A DNA stretch of 64,000 nucleotides, taken from the NCBI GenBank assembly GCA_965216965.1, contig CBDCGX010000010.1, forward strand, positions 6,249-70,248, given 5' to 3'. Source of the DNA: Spirochaetia bacterium (GTDB lineage: Bacteria; Spirochaetota; Spirochaetia; WTKD01; G963693115). Both the position numbers and the translations under genes were made by a program. Below the pieces are notes generated by a model. The model had not been told where the DNA came from and searched no databases. It was given only the letters and a program-made list of their open reading frames with translations. Shown here piece by piece: positions 31,383 through 41,515 of this stretch; within the stretch, counting starts at the first letter, position 1, and each line of letters starts with the position of its first letter.

Positions 31383-32371
31383 CACAAGTATTTATTACAA
31401 GAATATGGCCATTAGGCATTGCATTTTTATTTGTATGCATATGTAGTTTTATATATGTTCTTATCAGAAAGAAAAACATAGGGCGGTGTTCCTTTTATAT
31501 TAAAGAATTTTCTTTTGGGTATACGCCTTTATATAGTGTTTATAAAATAATATTTAATACAATATTAATACTTGCTATGATCCTCCTTTTATTATCTTCT
31601 ATGGGAGTAACTATTCAAAAGGTAGAGAATCGCGTGCATGTTGATGATTCTATTCTTTTTCTTATAGATATTTCTCCAAGTATGAGTATTTCTGACATAG
31701 AAGAGAAATCTCGTATAGATGTAGTTATAAAGCAATTTTCTTCTTTTTTAGATTTTATTTCAGGTTCATCAATTGGAGTTGTTATCTTTGCTGATACGGT
31801 ACGTATGATAGTTCCCTTTTCTAAAGATTATATAAATATAAAGAATATTCTTTCTTCTGTAGAAATAGGGTTACTTGGGAATGGTTCTGCTATTTCAGAT
31901 GCAATGTTATATGCTATTAATGTATTTTCTATTGTACAATCATCAAGAAAAAAACTCATTGTGATTACAGATGGTTTACAGAATAGTGGGCAGAGTAGTA
32001 TTAAAGATCTAAAGCAGTATAAATCATCTTTTACTTTTCCCATCGTATTTGGACATATAGGGTCTCAACAAGGTGGTTTATTTAAATATAAAGATTTCAC
32101 AACACAAAAAATAGTCAGCGGATATGTAGAAGGGAAGGGAACTTCTGTATTAAAAGATATAGGAAAAACGCTAGATATAGATCAATATAATTTGAAAAAA
32201 GAACGAGCAATAAGAGATTTTTTTCACAGCCTTGCTATTGAAGATCCTTCTTTTAAAATTATACAACAGAATACAATATTGACAGATTTTACAAATATAT
32301 TCTTATTTATTTTCTATATATTGTCTTTGCTTGCATGTTCTATGAAATTAACAATTTTGAGGAGATGCTAA
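31379..32371 (+). CDS. vWA-domain membrane protein (BatA-like)
   Basis: MIDAS DISPS, GSAISDA, ITDG; flanking TMs. Confidence 0.85.
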   Translation: MTQVFITRIWPLGIAFLFVCICSFIYVLIRKKNIGRCSFYIKEFSFGYTPLYSVYKIIFNTILILAMILLLLSSMGVTIQKVENRVHVDDSILFLIDISPSMSISDIEEKSRIDVVIKQFSSFLDFISGSSIGVVIFADTVRMIVPFSKDYINIKNILSSVEIGLLGNGSAISDAMLYAINVFSIVQSSRKKLIVITDGLQNSGQSSIKDLKQYKSSFTFPIVFGHIGSQQGGLFKYKDFTTQKIVSGYVEGKGTSVLKDIGKTLDIDQYNLKKERAIRDFFHSLAIEDPSFKIIQQNTILTDFTNIFLFIFYILSLLACSMKLTILRRC

Positions 32372-33312
32372 TGGTATTTTTGCGACCAACTATGTTCTTT
32401 TTAAATATTATTAGTATTGTTGTCTTTTTATATATGTTATATTCGCATAAGGGAAGTATGAGACAATTTTCTAAAATATATGATGCTCGCTATCTTAGTA
32501 AGATGAATCTTTCTATTCGTATAATAGTGAGGTTTTTCTCTCTTGTAGGTATTGTTTTCTCTATGTCTTTCTCGCTTGCAAATGCTAATCTCATTATGGA
32601 ATCTTATATTTCTCAGAAAGACAACGTGAAACAGACGGTGGTAATTGCTTTGGATGTTTCTCAGAGCATGTATGTGCAAGATTTCAAAGATTCGTCTCGA
32701 ATAGAAAAAGCAGTGCAATTTATTTTATCTTTTATTGACAGACAAAAAAAGGGAACAGAATATATTTTGTTTGTGTTTACAGATACTCCCGTTTTACTTT
32801 CTCCTAAGACTTCTGATAAGTATTTTATTAAAAACATTCTTGATGGAATAAAAAAAGTTTCATATATACAGGGACCTTCTGATTTTAAGAATGTGTTTTC
32901 TGTTCTTTTTTCAAAGAAAGATATATTCTTTGAAAAACAAAATAGCCCTGTTAGAGAAACAACGTTCTTATTTGTTTCGGATGGCGAATCACATACAACT
33001 GTTTCAATGCGAAAAATGAAATCTGTGTTTTCATTAAATGATATAACGCTTGTTGTATCTGTAGGCACTAGAGAGGGAGCACCTGTTCGTAGTTTGGCTG
33101 TGATGTCTCATGCACAACCTGAGTTTATGGAGAAAATTGCTAATGCAACAGAAGGAAAGTTTCTTTCTATAGAAAATGATGTTGTAATCAAAGATGCTGT
33201 ATTACAAACATTGGATGTCAATGAAATCAATGAGTATACAGATATATCTTTTATAGGGACCATTGGAGCATTTTTGTTTTTATTTATATATTTTTTAACA
33301 ATACTTTTATAA
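32371..33312 (+). CDS. vWA-domain membrane protein (BatB-like)
   Basis: ALDVSQSM, SRIEKA, VSDGE; TAATG overlap with the upstream gene. Confidence 0.85.
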   Translation: MVFLRPTMFFLNIISIVVFLYMLYSHKGSMRQFSKIYDARYLSKMNLSIRIIVRFFSLVGIVFSMSFSLANANLIMESYISQKDNVKQTVVIALDVSQSMYVQDFKDSSRIEKAVQFILSFIDRQKKGTEYILFVFTDTPVLLSPKTSDKYFIKNILDGIKKVSYIQGPSDFKNVFSVLFSKKDIFFEKQNSPVRETTFLFVSDGESHTTVSMRKMKSVFSLNDITLVVSVGTREGAPVRSLAVMSHAQPEFMEKIANATEGKFLSIENDVVIKDAVLQTLDVNEINEYTDISFIGTIGAFLFLFIYFLTILL

Positions 33313-33331
33313 AAGACATGCAGGAGAAAAA

Positions 33332-33955
33332 ATGAAAAAAAATATTATATTTGTTTGTTCTGGAATTATTGTAATAACAATGTTTTTTATATCGTTGTAT
33401 TTTATACCACCATTCTCTCTTTTTACCGCATGGTATGCATCTCAAAAACAAGATTATAAATTACTTCAGAATGCAATAGGAAAACTTTCTTCTTCTCAAT
33501 CACAAGAATATAAGGTGGATATAGCGTATTATAAGATTTTCCTACAATATTTATTGTATAATAAAGGGATTATCAAAGAAAATGCTATTAATGTGACCGA
33601 ACTTGAAAAATTACAAGCAATATTACATGTATCTAAACATCAGAATAAGAAAAATAGGATCCTTCTTTCAAGAATGTATCTCTTAAAAGGAGAATATCAA
33701 AATGCTATGAAAGAATATTGGATACTATTAAAAATGGATCCAAATAACGATGTTGTTAGATATAATTATGAAATATTATTGTTATCTCAATTCCTTGCTA
33801 AGAAAAAGAATATTTCAAAGGAAAAGAAAACACTTGTGGATTCGTCTTCTGCAAAGGATACAGAAGTTCCGCAATCTCTTTTTAAAATTGCTCCTTATAG
33901 AGTACATATCCTTTTAGAGAAAGAAAAAAGGAAAAATAGTATTCCTAATTATTAA
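33332..33955 (+). CDS. TPR-like membrane-anchored protein (BatC-like)
   Basis: N-terminal TM; GEYQNAMKEY..LKMDPNNDVVRYNYE. Confidence 0.6.
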   Translation: MKKNIIFVCSGIIVITMFFISLYFIPPFSLFTAWYASQKQDYKLLQNAIGKLSSSQSQEYKVDIAYYKIFLQYLLYNKGIIKENAINVTELEKLQAILHVSKHQNKKNRILLSRMYLLKGEYQNAMKEYWILLKMDPNNDVVRYNYEILLLSQFLAKKKNISKEKKTLVDSSSAKDTEVPQSLFKIAPYRVHILLEKEKRKNSIPNY

Positions 33956-34016
33956 GAGTGGAAAAGAATATTGTTAAGAATAAGAATAAAACAGGTATGG
34001 GGTATAATATAGGATA

Positions 34017-34235
34017 TTATTTTTTCCTGTAAATTATTCTTCCTTTTGTAAGATCATAAGGGGACAACACAATTTTTACAGAATCCCCAGGAACTATTCG
34101 GATATAGTGACTTCTCATTTTCCCGCTAAGGTGGGCAAGAATTTGGTGGCCGTTTTTAAGTTCTACCTTAAACATTGTATTAGGGAGGGAGACTTTTACA
34201 ACTCCTTCTGTTTCTATTACGTCTTCTTTTGCCAT
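34017..34235 (-). CDS. infA: Translation initiation factor IF-1
   Basis: [34 protein letters not shown]. Confidence 0.98.
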   Translation of the reverse strand: MAKEDVIETEGVVKVSLPNTMFKVELKNGHQILAHLSGKMRSHYIRIVPGDSVKIVLSPYDLTKGRIIYRKK

Positions 34236-34446
34236 TACATGCGTAAGTATACTATATTGAATATCTTTGTGCAATAGATGATGCTATGATAAAATAAATA
34301 ATTGTACAAAACTTGCTTGTGATATTTAAGACTATGTATTGAATTGTATTAAGAGCATGGCATTAAATTGTAGATTTTGTTTGTTTTTACACAAAAGACT
34401 ATAACCTAAGACATTTTATTATCTTTTAATAAACACACATATTTAT

Positions 34447-34473
34447 TAAAGATATTTTAGAAGCCTCCGATTA
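34447..34473 (+). promoter_or_regulatory. sigma28 (FliA)-like promoter
   Basis: TAAA-N15-TCCGATTA (consensus TAAA-N15-GCCGATAA), ending 22 nt before the ATG at 34496. Confidence 0.6.
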
Positions 34474-34495
34474 TTTCAAATTATAGGGATATAAT

Positions 34496-34861
34496 ATGAT
34501 ACATAACAATATAACTTTGTTTAGTGAGAATAAAGAAACTGTGAAAATCACTAATACAAAGGCGTTCTCTTTACAAAAAGAAGAAGCGTTTAAAACGCTA
34601 ACCATTTCGTTACCTCTCCAATCTGCATCAAAGAAAATAGGCATACAACGGCTTACAAACAATATAGATTCATATAAGTATAAAAAGTATATACAAAATA
34701 CATATATAGCATATCAGAATAATGAGTTACCACTTCAGGGGTTTATGAATGCTCTAGAAGAAATAATATCATATGTTATTCAAAAACCAAGATATGTTTC
34801 TTCTTTTCCTTCCCTCTCTAATAACAATATAACGGGTCTAATCCTAAACAAGAAAGTATAA
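34496..34861 (+). CDS. Hypothetical protein
   Basis: 121-aa ORF with AGGGA RBS; ends GLILNKKV. Confidence 0.6.
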   Translation: MIHNNITLFSENKETVKITNTKAFSLQKEEAFKTLTISLPLQSASKKIGIQRLTNNIDSYKYKKYIQNTYIAYQNNELPLQGFMNALEEIISYVIQKPRYVSSFPSLSNNNITGLILNKKV

Positions 34862-34865
34862 AAAA

Positions 34866-35471
34866 TTATTTTCTATGTGGGGAATGACTTTTTAATCTTA
34901 TAAGGGTGTTTTTATATTTTTTACCGTTTATATCCTTAATAAATTGGCTTGTCTTGTGCGATTGTACGTATACAAGGGAATTTTTGTGTAAAATTTTTAT
35001 TTGAGCAATAGAACTTTTTTCTATACCGTTAGATATAAGAAAGTGTGTAAGCTCTTCTTTAGTGGTATCATCCCTTCCTATAGGAAGAGAAATGCGTTGG
35101 TTTCGCGGGTATTGGGTGGTCCCCTCGGGTGATTGCTCATTCCTATTGTTAGAGTTTTTTTGTAAATGAGGGGGGGGGGTAAGATGGGTAGATTTTCTAT
35201 TTTGTTGAGGGCGTTTGTCTCTTATTTTATTTGACTGTATAAATTTATTTTTGTTATCTTTATAATCGTTTTCTCTAGAAGCTATATATTTCTTTATAAG
35301 ATATGCTCCTACATATGTTCTTGCAAATATATTTACATGTTTTTTGAAAAACTTTTTGTATTCTGTAATTTCTTCTGGATTCTCATTTTGATATATTTCT
35401 TTAAGAATAGTCTTAAGATTTCTAGAAAGTATGTCTTTGTTTTTAATGTATGTACGTTTTGTCTTTTTCAT
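34866..35471 (-). CDS. Stand-alone DbpA RNA-binding-domain protein (spirochaete type)
   Basis: C-terminal ISLPIGRDD..EELTHFL..SIAQIKILHKNSLV..DINGKKYKN resembles the DbpA RBD; no helicase core. Confidence 0.65.
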   Translation of the reverse strand: MKKTKRTYIKNKDILSRNLKTILKEIYQNENPEEITEYKKFFKKHVNIFARTYVGAYLIKKYIASRENDYKDNKNKFIQSNKIRDKRPQQNRKSTHLTPPPHLQKNSNNRNEQSPEGTTQYPRNQRISLPIGRDDTTKEELTHFLISNGIEKSSIAQIKILHKNSLVYVQSHKTSQFIKDINGKKYKNTLIRLKSHSPHRK

Positions 35472-35531
35472 TTTATTTTGTAATAGTCCTTTTTATTAAT
35501 TTTATAATAATTTTATTATACTATAAGATAA

Positions 35532-36788
35532 GTGTGTAAACAGAAATTAATAAAAATATTTTTTATTATAAATATCTTCCTTGGGGAAGTTATATTCTTT
35601 GCATGGGGTCAAAAAGAGGATTTAAATGCTAAGATTATATTTTCATATAAATATTCTGATTCAAACATATACGCTATTGAGACTGAGAACTATCAAACAG
35701 TAAGAGAAGATGGACGTGTTTTAATTAGTAATGCTCTTCTAGAAAACTATATTTCAGTAGAAATAAAAAAGAGAAATCAAAATGATTTTCTTATTTCTCA
35801 AAATACAGAATTTTCAGAAGAAGGACATCTTATACGAGAAGAAAAAAGTTTATATGAACAAGATGTTTTTGGTACTATGGATGTGCCCAATCAATATATA
35901 ACACCATTAGCAAGAGATATTCCTCTTTTTTTAGCTAATGTGCCCATTGCGATAGGAGACACATGGGAGAATTCTGGAACAGACACTATTCATATCCCTT
36001 TTTCTGATACGTTTGAGCGTGTTCCTGTAGAAGTTTCTTATACTTACAATGGATATAACGAACTTCCTTCTATTGCGTATGATCTTGTTAAGAGACGGTT
36101 TAATAGAGAGTTAGAACAACCTAGAGTGCTTCCTCTTGTGCAAATACGCTATAATATTGTAGATCATGCCGTACGTCTCCCTAATTCTTCTGCATGGCGT
36201 ATAGATGCAAAATTCATCATAAACATATGGTGGAATAATACATATGGAAGAGTGGAGTTTTATTCAGAAGATTATTCTTTGACCTTTACAGACCCCATTA
36301 CTGTAACAAGGTATACGTTTTCTGGAGTGTCAACTGGATATATGATGGCAATGCTGCCATTAGAAAGGCAAAAGGATGTAGAAATAATAAAGAAGAAACT
36401 TAAACGAGATAATGTAGAGGCAGATGTTGTTGCTTCAGAAAAAGGAGTCTTGTTGACTATTAATAACATTCAGTTTTCTCCTGATTCTGCCATTTTGCTT
36501 GATAGTGAAAAACAGAAATTAATAGGAATCATCAAAATACTTAGAGAATACCCTAATCGCAGAATACTTATAGAAGGACACACAGCACTTGTGGGAGTAA
36601 AAGAGCAACGAAAAAGACTTAGCATATTAAGAGCAAAAGTAGTGAAGGAATATATAAAGAAAATATTAGGTAGAAAGAAGAAGATACTTTTTAAAGGCTA
36701 TGGGGCAGAAAAGCCAATAGCATCAAATAAGAATGAAAAAGGAAGAACAAAAAACAGACGAGTGGAGATAACTATTTTAGAAAATTAA
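35532..36788 (+). CDS. OmpA-family protein
   Basis: Signal peptide; C-terminal IQFSPDSA, IEGHTA, LSILRA, GYGAEKPI, NRRVEI. Confidence 0.9.
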   Translation: MCKQKLIKIFFIINIFLGEVIFFAWGQKEDLNAKIIFSYKYSDSNIYAIETENYQTVREDGRVLISNALLENYISVEIKKRNQNDFLISQNTEFSEEGHLIREEKSLYEQDVFGTMDVPNQYITPLARDIPLFLANVPIAIGDTWENSGTDTIHIPFSDTFERVPVEVSYTYNGYNELPSIAYDLVKRRFNRELEQPRVLPLVQIRYNIVDHAVRLPNSSAWRIDAKFIINIWWNNTYGRVEFYSEDYSLTFTDPITVTRYTFSGVSTGYMMAMLPLERQKDVEIIKKKLKRDNVEADVVASEKGVLLTINNIQFSPDSAILLDSEKQKLIGIIKILREYPNRRILIEGHTALVGVKEQRKRLSILRAKVVKEYIKKILGRKKKILFKGYGAEKPIASNKNEKGRTKNRRVEITILEN

Positions 36789-36819
36789 AAATCTAGATGG
36801 TAACTTACCGTATTTATAA

Positions 36820-38139
36820 ATGGCTTTGAGGAGAGTTTTGTTTTTATATAATAAAAAAACTATAGAATATATATTCTTTATAATTTTTACTTGTACAATA
36901 TTTCTTTTACATATTGTTACTGGGTTTTCTCAAGTAGCAAATCAATTAAAAGGAACTCGTGTTCCTAATGAAGATAACATATTCTTAAGTGCGCCACAAT
37001 TGAAATATACCTCTTGGAAGAATTACTTAGAGTATCCTAATGCTCCTTCTATTAAAGCGGAGTCGTATTTGCTTGTGCACGTAAACACTGGACAAGTAAT
37101 ATATAATTATAACTCACAGCAAATTATGCCCATTGCTTCTCTTACTAAGATTATGACGGCACTTTTAGTTTTTGAAGCTATTTCTCAAAAAGATTTTTTT
37201 CTTGACAAGCAATATGATGTACGTCAAGAGCATCTTAATAATTTACCATTTGATGCTTCTATTATGGGTCTACAAGCAGGAGATAAACCTACGGGTGAAG
37301 ATCTCCTTAAAGGATTACTCATACATTCTGCAAATGATGCTGCAAATGTGTTGGCCTTTGTGTTGGCAGGTTCTATAGATAATTTTGTGTTTTTAATGAA
37401 TAATAAAGCAGTGCAATTACAACTCATGAATACTCGTTTTTCAGATTCATCTGGACTTTCTGCGTATAATGTATCTACTGCCGAAGATATTGCGCGGCTT
37501 TCTATTTATTTTTTGAAACGTTCATTTTATTTTCCAGTAACAGATATTACTAGTCTTCCAAGCATTAGATGGAAGGGAAGAATATATAAAAATACAAATT
37601 TACTTATACAAAAAAACAAAGAAGTTGATGGGCTAAAAACTGGATATACAGAGGAAGCTGGATTCCATATTGTTACTACCGCATTTAGAAAGCAAACAAG
37701 GTTGCTTTCAGTGCTTATGCGGGTAAAGACAAATAGCCTTGCAGAAGGAGTAGTACTACGATCAAAAGAATCGTGGAGATTATTACAATATGGACTAGAT
37801 AAATTTCAGCCCATAAGGTTTACATATACTCGCAATGTGGGCGTTCTGGGAGGAAAAAAAGAAGCTATTAAAATTTATACGGAATCTCCAGTGTTTTATG
37901 TGCCTACTCAATGGATTCCAAGAATAGATTCTCAGTTTACAATTATATACAAAAATGAAAAATCAGAGTTGTGGGCACCTATAGAAGAAGATGCTGTTGT
38001 GGGTAATATTCGATTTTATCTTAATGAAAGTAACAAAACTATTGCTATTACTACATTGTTTAGTTCAGAATCTGTAGAAAAATCGTCGTTTATACGCCGA
38101 ATTATAGACTTCTTTAAGGTTCGAAAGAAGAATTTATAA
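36820..38139 (+). CDS. D-alanyl-D-alanine carboxypeptidase (S11)
   Basis: SxxK (ASLTK), SxN (SAN), KTG (GLKTGYT). Confidence 0.93.
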   Translation: MALRRVLFLYNKKTIEYIFFIIFTCTIFLLHIVTGFSQVANQLKGTRVPNEDNIFLSAPQLKYTSWKNYLEYPNAPSIKAESYLLVHVNTGQVIYNYNSQQIMPIASLTKIMTALLVFEAISQKDFFLDKQYDVRQEHLNNLPFDASIMGLQAGDKPTGEDLLKGLLIHSANDAANVLAFVLAGSIDNFVFLMNNKAVQLQLMNTRFSDSSGLSAYNVSTAEDIARLSIYFLKRSFYFPVTDITSLPSIRWKGRIYKNTNLLIQKNKEVDGLKTGYTEEAGFHIVTTAFRKQTRLLSVLMRVKTNSLAEGVVLRSKESWRLLQYGLDKFQPIRFTYTRNVGVLGGKKEAIKIYTESPVFYVPTQWIPRIDSQFTIIYKNEKSELWAPIEEDAVVGNIRFYLNESNKTIAITTLFSSESVEKSSFIRRIIDFFKVRKKNL

Positions 38140-38291
38140 TGTTATTCATAATAAAAAGCTTTAAGAAATATGATTTATTGTTTTAAAAGGTGGTTTTTTA
38201 CATTTAAGGTGGGATTTATATTTATTTTTATGAATTTCACTTGCGTAGTATTTATTTTTTAGTATACAATAATATATACGGGGGGGACATA

Positions 38292-41200
38292 ATGTCTATT
38301 ATTATTGATGGAGTGCTATTATTATTGATAATAGGGCTTTTTATATTAAATAGGTCTCAGAAAAAGATGAGCACGTCTTATCGAGATGAATCTCTTTTAG
38401 AAGAAAAAAATAAATTTAAAAAATCAGTTGAGAAAATCACAAAGGAGCAATACAGAAAGCTTGATAGGATTTCTCAAGAGACAATAGGAGCAGAAAGGAA
38501 TATTTCAACAATATTTCAAAAGATGAGTGCTATTGCTACAGAAATGGCTTCAATGAAAAAAGATGTAAAAGCAGATCAAACTATTATTCAAGCATTTAAT
38601 GAGCATTCAAAAGAATTTACTCAGCAGCTACCACAATCTCAAAAGGCTATAGAAATGCTTTCGCATCTTTGCAATAGGGCAAAAGAATACGGAATACAGT
38701 TAGAGCAACGTGTTACTACTCATAATAATATTATTGATGCTTCTTTAGGAAGAGAGAAAGAGTTTACAGAGAAAATGAGACAATTAGAATATTATATTTC
38801 TGAGATTACAGATAAGGTAACTCATATGGTAGAAGATTCTATTTCTGTTCAACAAAGGAAAATAGATACCATAATTATGGAAACACAGAAAGCATTCCAA
38901 GAGGGCATAGATGGATTTATGGAAGAGGAGAAACAAAAAATACATAACTTTATACAATCGGAGCAGGGTGCTATTAATGCTATGATACATACACACAATA
39001 CGCATCTTACAAAAGAACTAGAATATTTAAAGCAGAATAAAACAGATATTTCACAGTTTGTAGATGAGCAACAAGAGAGATTAAGTATGATAAAAGAAGA
39101 TTCTATTCTTACTATGCGTACTATTATGGGAAAACAGGAAGAGGAAATACAAACAAAATTATTGAAATTAGAAGATGATATTCAATTGAGAATTTCAAAC
39201 CTCAAAGAAGTTCTTGAAACAGATATACATAAAGCAAAAACAGCTATTACCCCTCTTATGGATACATTTTCCCATATAAAACAAGAAGTCTTTAGTCAGA
39301 AAGAAGAAGTATCACGTTTTTATACAAAGATTAAATCTATGATAGTAGAGGAAAATAAAGAGTTGAGTGCAATGCATCAAAAAGTAAGTGAGGAAGTATA
39401 TTCTACCAAGGCAAATTTGGAAGATATTAGAACGGAGCTAAAAACAGAACTTATTAAAAAAATAGGAAATTATTCAGATCATTGGGACAAAGAAGTACAG
39501 CAAAAAAAGAATGAATTAGATGTTTATATAAATAGTCTAGATAATTATTTATTAGAATTACAGAAAAAAACAGATGATGATGTTAGTTGTATGTTGCAAA
39601 ATGCAAAGAAGGCTCAAGAAAACATATATGTTCAATATGAAAAAGGTACAGAAGATTTCTCGAAATTTTGCGAAGAGAAATATATGAGCAAAGAAAAAGA
39701 AGTGAATAATTACATACATAATTTAGAAGGTAATTTATCAGAATTGCAAACAAGAATAGATAACGATATTAATCGTATGATGCAAAGCTCAGAAGAAGCA
39801 CAAGGGAAAATATATACTCAATACGAAAAAGGGATAGAAGATTTCTCAAGGTTTTGCTCCGAAAAATATGCGAGCAAAGAAGAAGAAGTTAATGAATATG
39901 TCGATACATATATTTCTGATTGGAAAGTGCGATTGGAAGAAAAAAGAAACGAGTTTGAAGATATTGTAAAAAACCTTGGTTCTCATGTAAATATTTCATA
40001 TGAAGATATGAAAGAAAAACTTGAAACATATTCACATGATTTTGAAAATGATATTCAAGAAGTGAGAAATGAAAATGCAGAGCAAATAGAACATATAAAA
40101 GAAGAATATGTGAAGTTACAAGAGCAATTGTATAATTATTCGGGAGAAATTCACAAAGAGAATCTTGTACATCTTGATAGTTTTAAAGATGAATATCAGA
40201 ACGTAAAAGAACAAGTCGTAGAAGCTCATCAGAAAAACATTGAACAATTAAAGCAACTTGAAGAAGAATATGAGCATGTGGAAGAGCAAACCAAGGAACA
40301 TATATCTCAATTGCATGAAGAAAATATGAAAGATATAAAAGACAAGCATGCTGAAAATATTTTAGATACCATTGATCAAACCGACCAGTTGCTTAAAGAC
40401 GCAAAAAAATATGGAGAAACTATTCAAAGTGGTGTAAAAAAAGACTCTGATCAACTGAGAAAGGAATTTTTAGGAACGAGAAAAAATATAGAAGAGAATA
40501 TCAATGAGATAACAGAACATGTAGATGCACTTTCTAAAAAGTCTGCAAGACAAAAAGAATTTTTAGAGAAGGATACCTTTGCTCTTGAAGAATTGCATAA
40601 ACTTCATGCAGATGCATCTTTACAGACAGATCTTATAAAGCAAAATATACTTGATATAAAGGCAAAATCTTCGGAATATGAAAAATTAAGAAAGAAGTTT
40701 AGAGATTTAGAAACACATGTTGAATCTATGTCTGAAACTGTAGAAAAATTGCGAATGCAAGAAAGCGATCTAAAAAATGCTATTAAAAACCACGAGCGAT
40801 TAGGAAAACAGATTAAGAAAATCGACGTTCGCTCAGAAAAAATTGACAATGTTATTGAGCTATTACAACAAAAAGAAGAAAAAATTTTGGCATTACAACA
40901 AACAATACTTGATATACAATCTACACAAAAAGAGATTAATAAGTATGGAGTGGAATTAGAAAAAAGTAAAAAAGCATATGAACACGCTATTGATGATAGT
41001 CACGTGTTGGAGAAAAATATAATACAGCTTGAGAAAGAAGCTGGATCTGTAAAAGATGAAATATCTTCATGGGATATAAAAGTTAAAAAAATGTCTGATA
41101 TAATTTCATCAATAGAGCAGAAGCAGTCGGCAGTTAAAGAAATTGCGACGGAAGTACAGGCTACTACAAATAACATTCCAAAAATAACAGAGAAATTACA

Positions 41201-41477
41201 AGAAATCACTGATGCACAACGTTGGATAGCTGATCTTGAAACTCGCTTACAAAACCTTAACCGTGAAGCATCAGAAAAGCTATCACTTCTTTCGCTTGTA
41301 AGTAGTTCTTCTACAGTAGCTGGCAGTCGTAGAAAAGAAAAACTTCGCATGACAGAAAAAACCAAGGAAATGATTAGAGGTTTATATGAATATAAATATT
41401 CAAAAGAGCGTATTGCACAAGTGCTAAAAATAAGTGTAGGAGAAGTAGAAATGGTGCTTGGACAAACACTTATCTAA
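38292..41477 (+). CDS. Large membrane-anchored coiled-coil protein (SpiroCoCo-like)
   Basis: N-terminal TM, ~1000 aa of E/K/Q-rich helix, C-terminal ERIAQVLKISVGEVEMVL HTH-like motif. Confidence 0.7.
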   Translation: MSIIIDGVLLLLIIGLFILNRSQKKMSTSYRDESLLEEKNKFKKSVEKITKEQYRKLDRISQETIGAERNISTIFQKMSAIATEMASMKKDVKADQTIIQAFNEHSKEFTQQLPQSQKAIEMLSHLCNRAKEYGIQLEQRVTTHNNIIDASLGREKEFTEKMRQLEYYISEITDKVTHMVEDSISVQQRKIDTIIMETQKAFQEGIDGFMEEEKQKIHNFIQSEQGAINAMIHTHNTHLTKELEYLKQNKTDISQFVDEQQERLSMIKEDSILTMRTIMGKQEEEIQTKLLKLEDDIQLRISNLKEVLETDIHKAKTAITPLMDTFSHIKQEVFSQKEEVSRFYTKIKSMIVEENKELSAMHQKVSEEVYSTKANLEDIRTELKTELIKKIGNYSDHWDKEVQQKKNELDVYINSLDNYLLELQKKTDDDVSCMLQNAKKAQENIYVQYEKGTEDFSKFCEEKYMSKEKEVNNYIHNLEGNLSELQTRIDNDINRMMQSSEEAQGKIYTQYEKGIEDFSRFCSEKYASKEEEVNEYVDTYISDWKVRLEEKRNEFEDIVKNLGSHVNISYEDMKEKLETYSHDFENDIQEVRNENAEQIEHIKEEYVKLQEQLYNYSGEIHKENLVHLDSFKDEYQNVKEQVVEAHQKNIEQLKQLEEEYEHVEEQTKEHISQLHEENMKDIKDKHAENILDTIDQTDQLLKDAKKYGETIQSGVKKDSDQLRKEFLGTRKNIEENINEITEHVDALSKKSARQKEFLEKDTFALEELHKLHADASLQTDLIKQNILDIKAKSSEYEKLRKKFRDLETHVESMSETVEKLRMQESDLKNAIKNHERLGKQIKKIDVRSEKIDNVIELLQQKEEKILALQQTILDIQSTQKEINKYGVELEKSKKAYEHAIDDSHVLEKNIIQLEKEAGSVKDEISSWDIKVKKMSDIISSIEQKQSAVKEIATEVQATTNNIPKITEKLQEITDAQRWIADLETRLQNLNREASEKLSLLSLVSSSSTVAGSRRKEKLRMTEKTKEMIRGLYEYKYSKERIAQVLKISVGEVEMVLGQTLI
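39504..39905 (+). repeat. Intragenic tandem repeat, 186 bp (62 aa), about 2.2 copies
   Basis: YEKGTEDFSKFCEEKY and YEKGIEDFSRFCSEKY are exactly 186 nt apart. Confidence 0.85.
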
Positions 41478-41515
41478 TAATGCGTAGATTAATTATGTAC
41501 TGAGTAAGAAAAAAT

